A stretch of 64,000 nucleotides of DNA from Syntrophales bacterium (GCA_963662405.2 CAXXKT010000001.1:1408001-1472000), one strand, 5' to 3'; shown: positions 48,810 through 62,603, counted from the first letter of the stretch. Numbers and translations: made by a program. Notes: generated from the letters alone by a model not told the origin.

Positions 48810-51197
48810 TCACTCCGGTGCGTCGAAATCCGATCTGAAGAAGCCTTTGACGTCGGGGGTGTCCTTGTGGCGTACCGCCTCGGTCGGTTCCGTCCCCACG
48901 AGGAAACATTCAAAGATATACTTCTCAGAGGCGGGACCCGCCAGCATCCCCGTTTCGGGATCGATTTTGGCAAAGACGACCCCCTCGGGGGGGGAGAATG
49001 ACTCGACCGGAGTCCCGGCCAGCGCCTTTTCCATGAAATAGAGGAAGATTGGGCTGGCGGCGCGAGAACCGGTCTCGTATTTCCCCAGTGGTTTCAAATC
49101 GTCAAACCCGACCCACACCCCCGCGACGAGGGAGGGGGTGAACCCCATGAACCAGGCATCCTTGAGGTCGTTCGTCGTCCCCGTTTTCCCCGCTACCGGG
49201 CGATTCAGGGCCCTGACCCGCCACCCGGTTCCTCCCTTGATGACCTCCTGAAGGAGGTGAGAGGTAATGTAGGCGATCCCGGGATCGATTACCTGTTCCT
49301 CTTTCGGTCGATTCTCTTCCACTATGTTACCGGTGCGATCGACGATTTTTGTTATGAAGTAGGGTCGTACCCGCTTCCCGCCGTTTGCAAAAATCCCATA
49401 CCCCCGTACGATTTCCACAAGGGTGACGCCGGAGGTCCCCAGGGCCATGGAAAGATCTCTCGTCAGGGGACTGGTGATACCCATGTTCGCCGCATACTCG
49501 GCGGCGTAATCAATCCCGATCTCCTTGAGGAGTTTGATCGTCACCAGGTTTCTCGATTTGATAAGGGCGGTCCTGAGTGTGGTGGGACCATAAAACTTTT
49601 CCGAAAAATTCTGGGGTTTCCAGAGGCTGTCCTTCAGTGCATCGTGATAAATAACTGGGGAATCCATGATGATGGTTGCAGGGGTCATCCCCTTGTCAAA
49701 GGCCGCCGTAAAGATAAATGGCTTAAAGGCCGAACCCGGCTGCCTCTTCGCCTGTGTCGCACGATTGAATTCGCTTTTCCCGTAGCTCCTTCCTCCGACC
49801 ATCGCCTTCACTGACCCCGTTCGAGGATCCATCGCGAGGAGGGCGCCCTGCACGCGGGGTTCCTGTTCCAGGGCCATTTGCAATATACCGTCCGCGTTGT
49901 CCAAGACCCGTACCTCCACGACATCGCCCCGCCTCAGTACATCCGCCGGATCCTTCACCGTGACGGTATTGTAGGCAACGTTCGAATCGGGAACGCGAGC
50001 CCACGACATCCGCTCCAATGCCATGATCCCCTCATGGGGACCCGCTTTCAGCCTCACACTCTTTTCCGCGCTGTCGATATCCGTTACGACGGCCTGCAGC
50101 AGGTGCCCTTCGATGAGACTCTCTGCTTCGATATGCATACCCTCGATGTAGGGGTCGATTTCCTCTTCCGGCAGCCGTTTCAGCGGACCTCGATACCCCT
50201 GTCGTTTGTCGAGTTCCCTGAGTCCCCGTGCCACGGCTTCACGGGCCGCCTTCTGAGCAACCATATCCAGCGTGGTGTAGACTTCAAGACCTTCACAGTA
50301 CAGGACGTCACTGCCGTAGGTAGCCTGAATATACCGGCGGATGTGTTCGGTAAAGTAGGGCGCTATCTTTTCTGTTTTTTCGGTCTGTTTCAGCTCGAGT
50401 GAGGTTGCGCGCGCGATTGTCTTTTCCTCATCCGTTATATATCCATCCTCGGCCATCCTCTCCAGGACGTAGATTTGTCGCTTGCGGGCGCGGTCAGGGT
50501 GAATGGAGGGTGAATAGCGGCTGGGGGCCTTGGGAAGTCCTGCAAGGAGAGCGGCCTCCGGCAGGGTCAGATACTCGGCCGATTTTCCGAAGTAGTGTTG
50601 CGCGGCGGCCTCGATGCCGTACGCCCCGTGTCCCAGATAGATATGATTGAGATAAAGATTCAGGATTTCATACTTTTTTAAATACCGATCGATTTTATAG
50701 GCCAGGATGGCCTCTTTCAGTTTTCTGATGTATTTTTTCTCGGGAGACAGGAAGAGGGCCTTGGCGACCTGTTGCGTGATGGTACTCCCTCCCTGGACGA
50801 TGGTTCCCGCCTCCACATTTTTAAAAAATGCCCTGATGATACTCTGGAAATCGATCCCCTGGTGCCGGAAAAAACGGGCATCTTCCGCCGCCACGAAGGC
50901 CTGTATGACAAACTTCGGGAGTTGCGTGACCGGGATGACCTTTCGGTCTTCGAGATAGAACTCATCGATTAATTGGCCATCATTCGCGTATACCCGGGTG
51001 ATGATGCTGGGTCGGTAGTCTTTCAACGAAGAGATACTGGGCAAGTCGTTGATGAGAGAATAGAGAAACCCGGCTCCCCCCAAGACCACCACGAGGATGG
51101 ATATGAAGATCCAGAGGAGTATTTTTTTTACTGTTTGTCGTTTCTTTTTTGTCTCGTTGCGACGCGGACCGCCGGGCGGTTGTTGCTCGTTACTCAT
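48810..51197 (-). CDS. mrcA: Penicillin-binding protein 1A
   Basis: EDARFFRHQG, GGSTITQQ, RKLKE, SAFK, SRN and KTGTT motifs. Confidence 0.94.
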   Translation of the reverse strand: MSNEQQPPGGPRRNETKKKRQTVKKILLWIFISILVVVLGGAGFLYSLINDLPSISSLKDYRPSIITRVYANDGQLIDEFYLEDRKVIPVTQLPKFVIQAFVAAEDARFFRHQGIDFQSIIRAFFKNVEAGTIVQGGSTITQQVAKALFLSPEKKYIRKLKEAILAYKIDRYLKKYEILNLYLNHIYLGHGAYGIEAAAQHYFGKSAEYLTLPEAALLAGLPKAPSRYSPSIHPDRARKRQIYVLERMAEDGYITDEEKTIARATSLELKQTEKTEKIAPYFTEHIRRYIQATYGSDVLYCEGLEVYTTLDMVAQKAAREAVARGLRELDKRQGYRGPLKRLPEEEIDPYIEGMHIEAESLIEGHLLQAVVTDIDSAEKSVRLKAGPHEGIMALERMSWARVPDSNVAYNTVTVKDPADVLRRGDVVEVRVLDNADGILQMALEQEPRVQGALLAMDPRTGSVKAMVGGRSYGKSEFNRATQAKRQPGSAFKPFIFTAAFDKGMTPATIIMDSPVIYHDALKDSLWKPQNFSEKFYGPTTLRTALIKSRNLVTIKLLKEIGIDYAAEYAANMGITSPLTRDLSMALGTSGVTLVEIVRGYGIFANGGKRVRPYFITKIVDRTGNIVEENRPKEEQVIDPGIAYITSHLLQEVIKGGTGWRVRALNRPVAGKTGTTNDLKDAWFMGFTPSLVAGVWVGFDDLKPLGKYETGSRAASPIFLYFMEKALAGTPVESFSPPEGVVFAKIDPETGMLAGPASEKYIFECFLVGTEPTEAVRHKDTPDVKGFFRSDFDAPE

Positions 51198-51972
51198 CGT
51201 TCTTCTTCTCAGCTTCCGTATCATTCTCTTTGTCTTCCGCCCCGTCGCGTTTCTTTTCTCCCGCCGTTACCACCCAGATGCTGATCTCATACAGGAGCAT
51301 CAGCGGCAGGGCCATCAAACACTGCGTGACCACATCCGGGGGAGTGAAAAGGGCGGCGGTCACGAAAACCAGGAGGATCGCATATTTTCTCTTTTTTCTG
51401 AGTATCTTCGAATCGACCATTCCGATCCGTGCCAGGAAGAACATAAAGATGGGGAGTTCGAAGATAACCCCGAAGGCGATCAGGAGCTTCATCGAGAAAG
51501 AGAGATACTCTTTCAGTGAGAGCATGGGACGTATGAACTCGTTCCCGAACCCGACAAAGAACTTAAATCCGAACGGGAAGACGATGTAATAGGCAAACAG
51601 GGCCCCTCCCAGGAAAAAGATGGTGGAAAAGGCGACGAAGGGCGCCACGTGTTTCTTCTCTGATGCGTAGAGCCCTGGCGACACAAACTTCCATATCTGA
51701 TACAGGATATAAGGACTGACAAGAAAAATCGACGATAAAAAAGATACCTTGAGGTAGGTGAAAAAGGCCTCGGGGAGACTGGTGAATATCATGGAGCTGT
51801 TATCGGGCATCACGGCGGCAAGGGGGAGCGTCAGGGCCCAAAAAAGTTTTTCTTTAAAGAGGTAGCAGATGATGAACCCGGCCCCCACCGCGATCAGGAC
51901 CCGCGTCAGCCTGGACTTCAATTCTTCCAGGTGCAGGGTAAAGGGCATTTTTTCATTTGTCTGGTCGGTCAT
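51190..51972 (-). CDS. tatC: Twin-arginine translocase subunit TatC
   Basis: HLEELKSRL, YQIWKFVSPGLY, FELP and TPPD motifs. Confidence 0.96.
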   Translation of the reverse strand: MTDQTNEKMPFTLHLEELKSRLTRVLIAVGAGFIICYLFKEKLFWALTLPLAAVMPDNSSMIFTSLPEAFFTYLKVSFLSSIFLVSPYILYQIWKFVSPGLYASEKKHVAPFVAFSTIFFLGGALFAYYIVFPFGFKFFVGFGNEFIRPMLSLKEYLSFSMKLLIAFGVIFELPIFMFFLARIGMVDSKILRKKRKYAILLVFVTAALFTPPDVVTQCLMALPLMLLYEISIWVVTAGEKKRDGAEDKENDTEAEKKNDE

Positions 51973-52161
51973 ATCTCATTCTCGTGCTATCGGTCTGCGG
52001 CGAGTGTCTCCGTATCCGTCGGAACAAACGTTGGTATTCTTGAAAAAAAGAAGAGCAGGTCAACCACTTGCAGGCTCCGGAAAATAAAATCGTGAATGCA
52101 GCAAAGGGATGGCGGGTGACCCGATGTGCCCGGAAGGGATACGGGGACGAATCGCCACGGA

Positions 52162-52446
52162 TCAATGAGGCTTCTTCTCCGCCGGTTCCGGGCTCTCCGC
52201 TTTGGCCTTCTTATCATTCTCTTCGGTGTCGGTTTTCTTCCCGTAAAGGACCGAATCCTTAAAATCGTCAGCCTCGTTTTTGATCTGATCGACATTGAGG
52301 CTTTCCCGTACATCATCGGTGGCGCGGCGGAACTCTGCGAGTCCCTTGCCGAGGGATTTCGCCAGATCCGGCAGCTTCTTCGGCCCGATAACGAGGAGGG
52401 CGACAATCAGTATAATGATCAATTCCGGCATTCCGATGCCAAACAT
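52162..52446 (-). CDS. Twin-arginine translocase TatA/TatB subunit
   Basis: MFGIGMPELIIILIVALLVIGPKKLPDLAKSLGKGLAEFRRA. Confidence 0.93.
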   Translation of the reverse strand: MFGIGMPELIIILIVALLVIGPKKLPDLAKSLGKGLAEFRRATDDVRESLNVDQIKNEADDFKDSVLYGKKTDTEENDKKAKAESPEPAEKKPH

Positions 52447-52479
52447 ACCATCACCATGTTTCCGTAAAAGTGTGCCCAT

Positions 52480-52507
52480 ACTATAGTATTGTCGGAATCT
52501 TTGTCAA
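52480..52507 (-). promoter_or_regulatory. Sigma70 promoter for the tat genes
   Basis: TTGACA-16 nt-TATAGT on the minus strand. Confidence 0.6.
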
Positions 52508-52665
52508 TCTCAAATCAGTCAAACAGATTGCAACTTGTGCGGTTCTGTGATAGGAGGTTTACCACATGTGCGTGGGAATCCTGCCGGTAAAGGGAAATTT
52601 TTCCCTTGGGAAGTTCGGATTCCCCACACGTACGTGGGAAGTTGCTACAGAGGAGGAACGGTACA

Positions 52666-52953
52666 GTGAAGATAACCGCGCAAGAGGTCGGGTATGTCGC
52701 CCACCTCGCCCGGCTCGATCTCGGAGAGGAGGAAAAGGAGACTTTCACCTCACAGCTCAACAGTATACTGCTGTACATGGAGATCCTGAACGGAGTGGAC
52801 ACGGAAGGTGTCCGGCCGATGACGCATGCCATTTCTCAGACCAATGTCCTGAGGGATGATGTAAAGAGACCATCGATCGGGGTGGAGCAGGCGCTCGCCA
52901 ATGCCCCGGACGGTGGCATGGGTTTCTTCGAGGTCCCGAAAATCATTGAATAA
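52666..52953 (+). CDS. gatC: Asp/Glu-tRNA amidotransferase subunit C
   Basis: VAHLARL, LRDD and NAP...FFEVPKIIE motifs. GAGGAGG RBS. Confidence 0.94.
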   Translation: MKITAQEVGYVAHLARLDLGEEEKETFTSQLNSILLYMEILNGVDTEGVRPMTHAISQTNVLRDDVKRPSIGVEQALANAPDGGMGFFEVPKIIE

Positions 52954-52998
52954 GAGGAAGGTCCGGCTTGATCGTTACAGCCGGACCGGGAAAACGGT

Positions 52999-54456
52999 AT
53001 GGAATCGAATCAGTCAACCATTCATGAACTGGAAGAGCGGCTCCGGAACGGCAGCCTGACATCCGTTGCCATTACGGAGTCCGTCTTCACGCGGATCGCA
53101 TCCGTCGAGGAGCGGGTGCATGCATATATCACTCTGACGGAGGAAGGAGCGCTTGAGCAGGCCCGTGAGGCGGACCGACGGATACAGGAGGGCGACGTGA
53201 GTGCCCTGACCGGCATCCCCATTGCCCTCAAGGATGTTCTTTGTATGCAGGGTGTCAGGACGACCTGCGGCTCCCATTTTCTTGAAAACTTTATCCCCCC
53301 CTACGACGCCACGGTGGTCAGAAAACTGAAGGATGCCGGTGCCGTCTTCGTGGGGAAGACCAATATGGATGAGTTTGCCATGGGGTCCTCGACCGAGACC
53401 TCCCGGTTCGGGGTCACCCGGAACCCGTGGGACCTAGAGCGGATCCCCGGGGGGTCCAGCGGCGGTTCGGCCGCCGCAGTTGCCGCCGACGAGTGCATCG
53501 CCTCTCTGGGGACCGACACGGGTGGTTCCATCAGACAGCCTGCCGCCCTCTGCGGTGTCGTGGGACTCAAACCGACCTACGGGCGGGTCTCGCGCTTCGG
53601 CCTGGTGGCCTTCGCCTCCTCCCTGGATCAGATCGGACCGATCACCAAGGATGTAGAGGACTGTGCCATCATGATGAATGTAATCGCCGGCCACGACACC
53701 GGCGATTCCACCTCCGTTCCCGCTGATGTTCCTGATTATCGGGCCTGTATCGACCGGGGTATCGAGGGGTGGACCATCGGTATCCCGGAGGAGTACTTTG
53801 TCGAGGGGATCGATTCGGAGATCAGTGTGTCCATAGAGAAGGCTATCACGACCCTGGAGGGGCTCGGTGCCCGGTGCCGGTACATATCGCTCCCCCACGC
53901 CGAGTACTGCGTCGCCGCCTACTACATCATCGCACCGTCGGAGGCCAGCTCGAATCTGGCCCGGTACGACGGCGTTCGGTACGGATTCAGGGCGCCCGAA
54001 CCGGAGAACCTCCTCGATATGTACAAGAAGACCCGATCGGCCGGTTTCGGGGCGGAGGTCAAGCGACGGATCATGATCGGGACCTACTCCCTCTCCTCGG
54101 GGTACTACGATGCCTACTACAAGAAGGCATCACAGGTACGGTCTCTTATCAGGCAGGATTTTGACCGCGCCTTCACCCAGTGCGATGTTATCCTGACGCC
54201 GACGACGCCCACCCCGGCGTTCCGGATTGGGGAGAAGATGGACGATCCCCTCCAGATGTACCTCTACGACATCTTCACCCTGTCGGCAAACCTGGCGGGG
54301 GTCCCGGGGATCTCGGTTCCCTGCGGATACACGAAGGGGGGACTCCCCGTGGGGCTCCAGTTCATGGCCGGTCACTTCGCGGAGGAAAAGCTGTTGCAGG
54401 TAGCCGCCGCCTACGAGAAGAATTCAGAAAAAGAAAGAAGGAAACCCGATCTGTAA
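52999..54456 (+). CDS. gatA: Asp/Glu-tRNA amidotransferase subunit A
   Basis: [31 protein letters not shown] and [11 protein letters not shown] motifs. Confidence 0.97.
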   Translation: MESNQSTIHELEERLRNGSLTSVAITESVFTRIASVEERVHAYITLTEEGALEQAREADRRIQEGDVSALTGIPIALKDVLCMQGVRTTCGSHFLENFIPPYDATVVRKLKDAGAVFVGKTNMDEFAMGSSTETSRFGVTRNPWDLERIPGGSSGGSAAAVAADECIASLGTDTGGSIRQPAALCGVVGLKPTYGRVSRFGLVAFASSLDQIGPITKDVEDCAIMMNVIAGHDTGDSTSVPADVPDYRACIDRGIEGWTIGIPEEYFVEGIDSEISVSIEKAITTLEGLGARCRYISLPHAEYCVAAYYIIAPSEASSNLARYDGVRYGFRAPEPENLLDMYKKTRSAGFGAEVKRRIMIGTYSLSSGYYDAYYKKASQVRSLIRQDFDRAFTQCDVILTPTTPTPAFRIGEKMDDPLQMYLYDIFTLSANLAGVPGISVPCGYTKGGLPVGLQFMAGHFAEEKLLQVAAAYEKNSEKERRKPDL

Positions 54457-55889
54457 TGGATTATGAACCAGTAATAGGGCTTGAGGTACACGCCCAGCTT
54501 CTGACTGATACCAAGATATTCTGCGGCTGTTCGACCCGGTTCGGCGAGGCGCCCAACAGCAACACCTGTCCCGTCTGCCTCGGGATGCCCGGGGTCCTCC
54601 CCGTCCTCAACCGGAAGGTCGTCGAGTACGCGATGAAGATGGCGATTGCGACCCACTGCACGATCAATCCGGTCAGTACGTGGGCGCGGAAGAACTATTT
54701 TTACCCCGATCTCCCGAAGGGGTACCAGATCACGCAGTTTGCTCACCCCCTCGCGGAGCACGGATACGTCGATATCGAGACGGAGGGGGATAAAAAAAGG
54801 ATCGGGATTACCCGCATCCACATGGAGGAAGACGCGGGTAAGTCGATCCACGACGAGGTGAGCGATTCCAGCTACATCGACCTGAACCGAGCCGCGGTTC
54901 CCCTGATCGAGATCGTCAGCGAACCGGATATGCGCAGCCCGGAGGAGGCGGCCCAGTACCTCCGCAGGTTGCACGAGATCTTGGTTTACCTCGAGATATG
55001 CGACGGCAATATGGAGGAGGGGAGCTTTCGTTGCGACGCCAATATCTCCCTGCGGCCGAAGGGTAGAGAGGCCTTCGGAATCAGATCGGAACTCAAGAAC
55101 ATGAACTCCTTCAACAACGTGCAGCATGCCCTCGAATACGAGATCCGGCGGCAGCAAGCCATCCTCGAGCGGGGGAACGAGGTCGTCCAGGAGACGCGAC
55201 TCTGGGATACCGCGGAGGGGGTGACCCACTCGATGCGGGGAAAGGAGGAGGCGCACGACTACCGCTACTTCCCCGAGCCCGATCTTGTCCCCGTCGTTAT
55301 ATCCGATGAATGGAGGGAAGAAATCGCGCGGACCCTCCCGGAACTCCCCTTGGAGAAGCGGGGGCGATTCATCGCCGAGTACGGTATCCCGCCCTACGAC
55401 GCGGGCGTCCTGACGGCGAGCCGCGCCCTGGCGGATTATTACGAAGCGGTGGTTGGTCTCTGCGGACGACCGAAGATTGCCAGCAACTGGGTGATGGGGG
55501 ATTTTCTGGCATACCTGAACGAAGAGAAACTGGAAGTCGGAGAGGCCCCTGCTGGCCCCGCGGCCCTGGCGGAACTGATCGGGCTTATCGAGGATGGAAC
55601 GATCAGCGGGAAGATCGCCAAGGGGATCTTCGAGGATATGTGGGGGACCGGGAAGGGGCCGAAGGAGATTGTCCAGGAGAAGGGACTTGTCCAGATCACC
55701 GATACGGGTGAGCTGGAGCGGACCGTCGATGACGTACTGGCGGCGCACCCGAAACAGCTCGAGCAGTACCGTAGCGGGAAAGAGCAGCTCTTCGGTTTCT
55801 TCGTGGGGCAGACGATGAAGGCCACCGGCGGCAAGGCGAACCCGAAGATCGTTAACGAACTGCTCAAAAAGAGATTATCCACGCCATGA
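54456..55889 (+). CDS. gatB: Asp/Glu-tRNA amidotransferase subunit B
   Basis: [33 protein letters not shown] and [10 protein letters not shown] motifs. Confidence 0.97.
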   Translation: MDYEPVIGLEVHAQLLTDTKIFCGCSTRFGEAPNSNTCPVCLGMPGVLPVLNRKVVEYAMKMAIATHCTINPVSTWARKNYFYPDLPKGYQITQFAHPLAEHGYVDIETEGDKKRIGITRIHMEEDAGKSIHDEVSDSSYIDLNRAAVPLIEIVSEPDMRSPEEAAQYLRRLHEILVYLEICDGNMEEGSFRCDANISLRPKGREAFGIRSELKNMNSFNNVQHALEYEIRRQQAILERGNEVVQETRLWDTAEGVTHSMRGKEEAHDYRYFPEPDLVPVVISDEWREEIARTLPELPLEKRGRFIAEYGIPPYDAGVLTASRALADYYEAVVGLCGRPKIASNWVMGDFLAYLNEEKLEVGEAPAGPAALAELIGLIEDGTISGKIAKGIFEDMWGTGKGPKEIVQEKGLVQITDTGELERTVDDVLAAHPKQLEQYRSGKEQLFGFFVGQTMKATGGKANPKIVNELLKKRLSTP

Positions 55890-56929
55890 TCGAGACCATA
55901 TCCTGGGCCGGGAATGCCGTCGTGATGATCGACCAGCGGTTCCTCCCGCACGAAGAGCGTCACCTGATCTGCCGGACGTACCCGGAGGTGATCGAGGCCA
56001 TCAATGAGATGGCCATCCGGGGTGCCCCCGCCGTGGGGATCGCGGCTGCGATGGGGATTGCCCTCGGCGCGCTGAACATTCCCGGCGGTATGCTGCACAG
56101 TGAATTTCCTCGGATCTGCGACGCCTTCGCCCGCACCCGTCCCACCGCGGTCAACCTCTTCTGGGCCATTGACCGGATGACGACTCGTTTCAAGAGAGAA
56201 CGGTCCGCACACGCCGATGATGACGGGATAAAAGAGGGCCTGATAGAGGAGGCCCGGCGGATCCGTGAAGAAGATATCGAGACGAACCGACGGATCGGGG
56301 CTTACGGTAAGACCCTGATCGCGGACGGGGATACCGTCCTGACGCACTGCAACGCGGGGGCCCTTGCAACCGGGGGGTATGGAACGGCACTGGGGGTCAT
56401 TCGCGCGGCCCACGAGGAGGGGAAGCGGATCCATGTCCTGGTGGACGAGACCCGTCCGCTCCTCCAGGGGGCACGCCTGACCGCGTGGGAGATGTACCAT
56501 GAAGGGATCGATGCCACCCTGATCACCGACAGCATGGCGGGTGCCCTCATGCACCGGGGAGGGGTCAACTGTGTCCTTGTAGGGGCGGACCGGATCGCCG
56601 CCAACGGCGATACCGCCAATAAGATCGGGACATATACCCTGGCGGTTCTCGCTCGGGAAAATCAGATTCCCTTCTATGTGGCGGCTCCCCTTTCAACCAT
56701 TGACCGCCGGACACGCACCGGCAGGGGAATCACCATTGAGGAGCGGGGCATGGATGAGGTCCTGGGCTACCAAGGTATACGAACGGCCCCGGAGGGGCTC
56801 GCGGCGCTGAATCCTTCCTTTGACGTTACCCCCCATCGGTATATCACCGCGATTATCACACAGCGGGGAATCATTACAAAACCCTTCGGCAGGACGATTG
56901 GAGCTCTTTTCTCTCCCCCTGCCGCCTGA
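55886..56929 (+). CDS. mtnA: Methylthioribose-1-phosphate isomerase
   Basis: [35 protein letters not shown] and ANKIGTY motifs. Confidence 0.95.
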   Translation: MIETISWAGNAVVMIDQRFLPHEERHLICRTYPEVIEAINEMAIRGAPAVGIAAAMGIALGALNIPGGMLHSEFPRICDAFARTRPTAVNLFWAIDRMTTRFKRERSAHADDDGIKEGLIEEARRIREEDIETNRRIGAYGKTLIADGDTVLTHCNAGALATGGYGTALGVIRAAHEEGKRIHVLVDETRPLLQGARLTAWEMYHEGIDATLITDSMAGALMHRGGVNCVLVGADRIAANGDTANKIGTYTLAVLARENQIPFYVAAPLSTIDRRTRTGRGITIEERGMDEVLGYQGIRTAPEGLAALNPSFDVTPHRYITAIITQRGIITKPFGRTIGALFSPPAA

Positions 56930-56954
56930 ACCGATGAAAGCGATTACAATTACT

Positions 56955-57569
56955 ATGAACAAGCTTTTTATCTTTGATTTCGACGGGGTTATCGCGGAAT
57001 CTCTGAACTTCTACGAGGAACTCGTCAGGACACATCTCGAAAAGATCGGGGCACCGGCCATCACGACGCGGGATCAGTTTCTTGATCTCTTCGACGGGAA
57101 TTTCTATGCTTCCCTCAGCAAGCGGGGTGTTGACATGGATGCCTTCAACAACGCCGTCATGGGAGCCGCTCCGGATATAGACTACACACAGATTCGTCCG
57201 GTCGACGGTATTCTCCCCGTGATGGATGCCCTTGCTCGTGATAATACTCTCCTCGTCATTTCCTCCAATATCTCTTCCGTGATACGGACCTTCCTCGAGC
57301 GGTACCGGTTCGACGGCATTTTTGTCGATGTCCTGGGGGCAGATTTCATGCTCAGCAAGACGAGAAAGATTCATCACGCCGTGGAACAGTGGCAGGAAGA
57401 GCGGGATCGGACATACTACGTAGGGGATACCGTCGGCGACATCAAAGAAGGGCAGGACGCCCATGTCAGAACGGTGGCCGTGACCTGGGGATGGCACCCA
57501 AAAGAACGATTCGAAGGGATTGGTGCCGATTACATCGTCGACGCTCCGGGAGATCTCCTGACGATTTAA
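56955..57569 (+). CDS. HAD-family hydrolase
   Basis: FIFDFDGVIAES, SSN, K and YVGDTVGDI motifs. Confidence 0.9.
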   Translation: MNKLFIFDFDGVIAESLNFYEELVRTHLEKIGAPAITTRDQFLDLFDGNFYASLSKRGVDMDAFNNAVMGAAPDIDYTQIRPVDGILPVMDALARDNTLLVISSNISSVIRTFLERYRFDGIFVDVLGADFMLSKTRKIHHAVEQWQEERDRTYYVGDTVGDIKEGQDAHVRTVAVTWGWHPKERFEGIGADYIVDAPGDLLTI

Positions 57570-57597
57570 CCCCGGAAAGACCAAGGTCACGTATGAA

Positions 57598-57631
57598 AAA
57601 GAGGCCCTGCGGATATCCGCGGGGCCTCTTT
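57598..57631. terminator. Bidirectional intrinsic terminator (groEL/HAD)
   Basis: AAAGAGGCCCTGCGG-ATAT-CCGCGGGGCCTCTTT. Confidence 0.85.
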
Positions 57632-57660
57632 CGGTGTTACATGGTGTGAACGGTCGATCC

Positions 57661-59337
<1,677 letters not shown>

Positions 59338-59628
59338 TTATTTTTCGATTATTCCGAGTATGTCGTCTTCGCGCATAATAAGGTGCTCGACGTCGTCTAT
59401 CTTGACTTCCGTTCCCGCGTACTTGCTGAACAGCACCCGATCGCCGGCCTTCACATCCATTTTGATGATCTTGCCGTCATCCGTCTTTTTACCGCCGCCA
59501 ACGGCGATCACTTCACCCTCCATCGGCTTTTCCTTTGCGCTGTCGGGAATGATGATTCCCCCCTTTGTCGTTTCCTCCTCTTCGAGGCGCTTCACGATAA
59601 TCCTGTCATGCAATGGTCGTATCTTCAT
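59338..59628 (-). CDS. groS: Co-chaperonin GroES
   Basis: [12 protein letters not shown]...[13 protein letters not shown]. Confidence 0.98.
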   Translation of the reverse strand: MKIRPLHDRIIVKRLEEEETTKGGIIIPDSAKEKPMEGEVIAVGGGKKTDDGKIIKMDVKAGDRVLFSKYAGTEVKIDDVEHLIMREDDILGIIEK

Positions 59629-59724
59629 GCTTCCTACTCTCCTCCTTACAATTAATTATTTTTCAAGGTAAATATCCTTGCAGGAATCTCAACACTTCAT
59701 AAAATAAACATCAATCCAATCCTG

Positions 59725-60339
59725 TCAAGGGGCGCTCCTCTTTTTTATCTCCACGGGGACTTCGCACAGGTCTTTGAAACGTCGGGCGTCCTCCACGGAA
59801 CCGACGATGTCGTCGTAGTGGATGGGGATCGCCGTTCCGGGGCGTACGATATTCACCGCGCGGGCGGCCTCCTCAGCGGTCATCGTGTAGGTCCCGCCGA
59901 CGGGAACCAACATGATATCCGCCTGGATCGTTTTCATCTCGGGGATCAGGTCGGTGTCCCCACAGTAGTAGATCCTCGTTCCCTGTACCGTCACCACAAA
60001 CCCGAGCCAGCCGTTTTCGCGGGGATGAAAGTCTTTGTCCGTATTATAAGAAGGGACCGCCTCAACCGACACCTTTCCGATTTGTACGACGTCTCCCGGC
60101 TTGACGATCCGAAGATTTCCCGAAAGGACGGCGGCGCTTTCCCGGGTGGTGACGATCACGGTATCCGCCTTCCGGATTTTTTCGACATCCTCCACCGAGA
60201 GATGATCATAGTGGCTGTGACTGATCAGGATCAGGTCCGCCTTCATAGGGTCCTTGAGCTTCCAGGGATCGATATAGATCACCTTTTCTCCCTCGATCCT
60301 CACGCTTGAATGACCGAGCCAGACGATGTCCTCTACCAT
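59725..60339 (-). CDS. MBL-fold metallo-hydrolase
   Basis: WLGHSS, YIDP, SHSHYDH, YYCGDT, PVGGTYTM and IPIHY motifs. Confidence 0.9.
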   Translation of the reverse strand: MVEDIVWLGHSSVRIEGEKVIYIDPWKLKDPMKADLILISHSHYDHLSVEDVEKIRKADTVIVTTRESAAVLSGNLRIVKPGDVVQIGKVSVEAVPSYNTDKDFHPRENGWLGFVVTVQGTRIYYCGDTDLIPEMKTIQADIMLVPVGGTYTMTAEEAARAVNIVRPGTAIPIHYDDIVGSVEDARRFKDLCEVPVEIKKRSAP

Positions 60340-60399
60340 GACACACCTCCTCATTATGCTTCGGGTTTTGTGTTATACGACTTCTCTATCGGCAGGTGG

Positions 60400-62007
60400 C
60401 TACCGTTTCCCGATATGCAGGATGCCCTTGGTGATATTGCACAGGTGATCGTTGAGTCGGTCGATGGCCGTCAGGACATCCGAATAGACGAGACCGGCAT
60501 CGCTCATACACTCACCCTTCCCCAGCCTCTCGATATGATTTGAACGATATTGCTTGACCAGGGCGTGAGCCTCCCGATCGATATTCAGCGTAATGGCGGC
60601 TGCCTGGTGGTCGTCCTTTTCGAGGGCCTTCTTGGTCTGTCGCATCAGGGCGCGTGCCTTCTCGAACAGTTTTGCCAGTTCCATGTGCGCGGGAGCGGAA
60701 AATTTCAGGTCATGTTCATATCCCCGTTGCGACAGCTTCACGATGCTCTCGCAGTAATCCCCCACCCGCTCGAGGTCATTTACGCTGTGAAGAAGAGCAG
60801 GAACCAGGCTGCGTTCCTTGTCGGTCAGCTCCCCCTTGGTGACCTCGATCAGATACTGGGTGATGTTCCGCTGCATCTCGTCGACCGATTCTTCATCGAG
60901 GGTAATCTCATTCTTGATCCTGTGGTTGTACGTAGCGATACACTCCTCCGCCTTCTCAAACATCTCCTGGCAGAGGGTCAACATGGAGACCATCTCCTTG
61001 ATGGCCGCGTCGATCGCGAGGTTCGGGGTGATGAAGAGGTTCGAATCGAGATGCTTTGCCTCCTTCTTTTCGTAGTCCCGTCCGGGGATCACCCGCTCCA
61101 GAAGCTTCACCAACAGGGGGGTCATCGGCAGGAAGATGAGGGCGTTGATCACGTTGAACACCGTATGGGAGTTGGCGATTTGCCGGGCAATATCCCCCGA
61201 GGTCAGGGGAATGAACTGGAGGTAGAATGGGACCAGGGGGAGCATGATCAGGGCCCCCGTTATGTTGAAGACGGTATGCCCGAGAGCGAGCCTCCTGCTG
61301 GAGAGATTTCCTCCGATACTGGCGATCCCTGCGGTTACGCAGGTGCCGATATTGACCCCGAAGATCAGGTATACGGATGATGTGAGATCCAGAAGTCCGA
61401 CGGAAGCAAAGGCGATGATCATACCGGTGGTCGTGCTGCTGCTCTGGAGGATGGCTGTGGCTACCAATCCCGTCAGGATCCCGAGGAGGGGACTGGTGCC
61501 AAAGGTGACAAAGGCGCCTTTGATCATCTCGTTGTCCGCCAGGGGTTTGACCGACGAACTCATCATCGCGAGCCCCAGGAACAAGAGACCGAACCCGAGG
61601 AGCGCCCGCCCCTTGTTTTTGTGCTTGTCCTTCTTTGCAGCGAGGGCGGTTACGGCGCCGACGAAGACGAAGAGGGGGGCGACCGCCGTGAACTTGAAGG
61701 CGATCAGCTGCGCGGTCACCGTTGTTCCCACATTGGCACCGATCATGATCGCAATGGCCCCCGCCAAGGGGATAAAACCGGCATTGAGGAATCCGATGAC
61801 GATGACCGAGGTCGCGCTCGAGCTTTGTATGATTGCGGTGACGAATGCCCCCATGCTCGCCGATCTGAGTTTCCCCGAGGTCATCTTCTCGAGCATTGTC
61901 TTGAGGAGTCCCAAGGACAGCCGCTTCAGCGAGTCGCTCAGGAGATACATGCCGAAGACGAACAGACCCAGTCCTCCGATCACACCTGAGATAATCTTAA
62001 AATCCAT
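60400..62007 (-). CDS. Na+/Pi cotransporter family protein with PhoU-like C-terminal domains
   Basis: Two QSSS repeats, GANVGTT/GVNIGTC and DLERVGD motifs. Confidence 0.93.
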   Translation of the reverse strand: MDFKIISGVIGGLGLFVFGMYLLSDSLKRLSLGLLKTMLEKMTSGKLRSASMGAFVTAIIQSSSATSVIVIGFLNAGFIPLAGAIAIMIGANVGTTVTAQLIAFKFTAVAPLFVFVGAVTALAAKKDKHKNKGRALLGFGLLFLGLAMMSSSVKPLADNEMIKGAFVTFGTSPLLGILTGLVATAILQSSSTTTGMIIAFASVGLLDLTSSVYLIFGVNIGTCVTAGIASIGGNLSSRRLALGHTVFNITGALIMLPLVPFYLQFIPLTSGDIARQIANSHTVFNVINALIFLPMTPLLVKLLERVIPGRDYEKKEAKHLDSNLFITPNLAIDAAIKEMVSMLTLCQEMFEKAEECIATYNHRIKNEITLDEESVDEMQRNITQYLIEVTKGELTDKERSLVPALLHSVNDLERVGDYCESIVKLSQRGYEHDLKFSAPAHMELAKLFEKARALMRQTKKALEKDDHQAAAITLNIDREAHALVKQYRSNHIERLGKGECMSDAGLVYSDVLTAIDRLNDHLCNITKGILHIGKR

Positions 62008-62603
62008 CTGATCTCCTCTGTAGGCATCGACGTATGGTTCCGGGGTTGATCACCGCTCCCCGCATAGCGAAAAGAGTCCTCCCCTCCCAAAACGTGACAT
62101 GTATATTACACCGTATCAAAAAGTCAAGACATTCACTGGTCGCTCATCGTAACACCGCACTCGCACTGTACATGCCAAGAATCCACGACGGTACCGGTCT
62201 TACCTTGCAGTCCCCGGGCAAGGGGCGACAGTGCGACTGACGACCGCGCTTAAACCTGCCGAGGTTACGAACAATAGAGAGCATAGCATCCGTGGGAGGT
62301 GAACGGACCGGAGCGCCTTTGCCCAGAATGATCGCATGGCCTGAGACGATTCGGTATCGGATGGCGGGGCAGCGGAACCGTTGCGCATGGAGAAAACGAT
62401 AACCAAGAAGGCGGGAGATATGACGGGAAACACCGCATGATAACGGGTGCAGACCACCCGCGTGTCAACCGTTCGGATTGATCGGGACAGGAAAAGAGGA
62501 TCGCCACGACGCCGGTTTTTTGCCCCGCAGACGTTTAATGCAGAACATTGCTTCATGGCGTCAGGATACCGGCCCGGCAGGGCAGAGGATGAGACCTCCT
62601 CTC

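Noticed and set aside
51751..51764. Second potential IS110 target in tatC (minus strand TTTTCAC-CT-ACCTC)
   Set aside because: The left arm matches, but only 2 of 5 right-arm bases fit the guide, and there is no insertion.
59630..59730. CIRCE element upstream of groES
   Set aside because: No TTAGCACTC-N9-GAGTGCTAA is visible; only a TTGACA box and an RBS.
62034..62600. Small ORFs between the Na/Pi transporter and the response regulator
   Set aside because: No convincing RBS, motif or protein-like composition; left unannotated.
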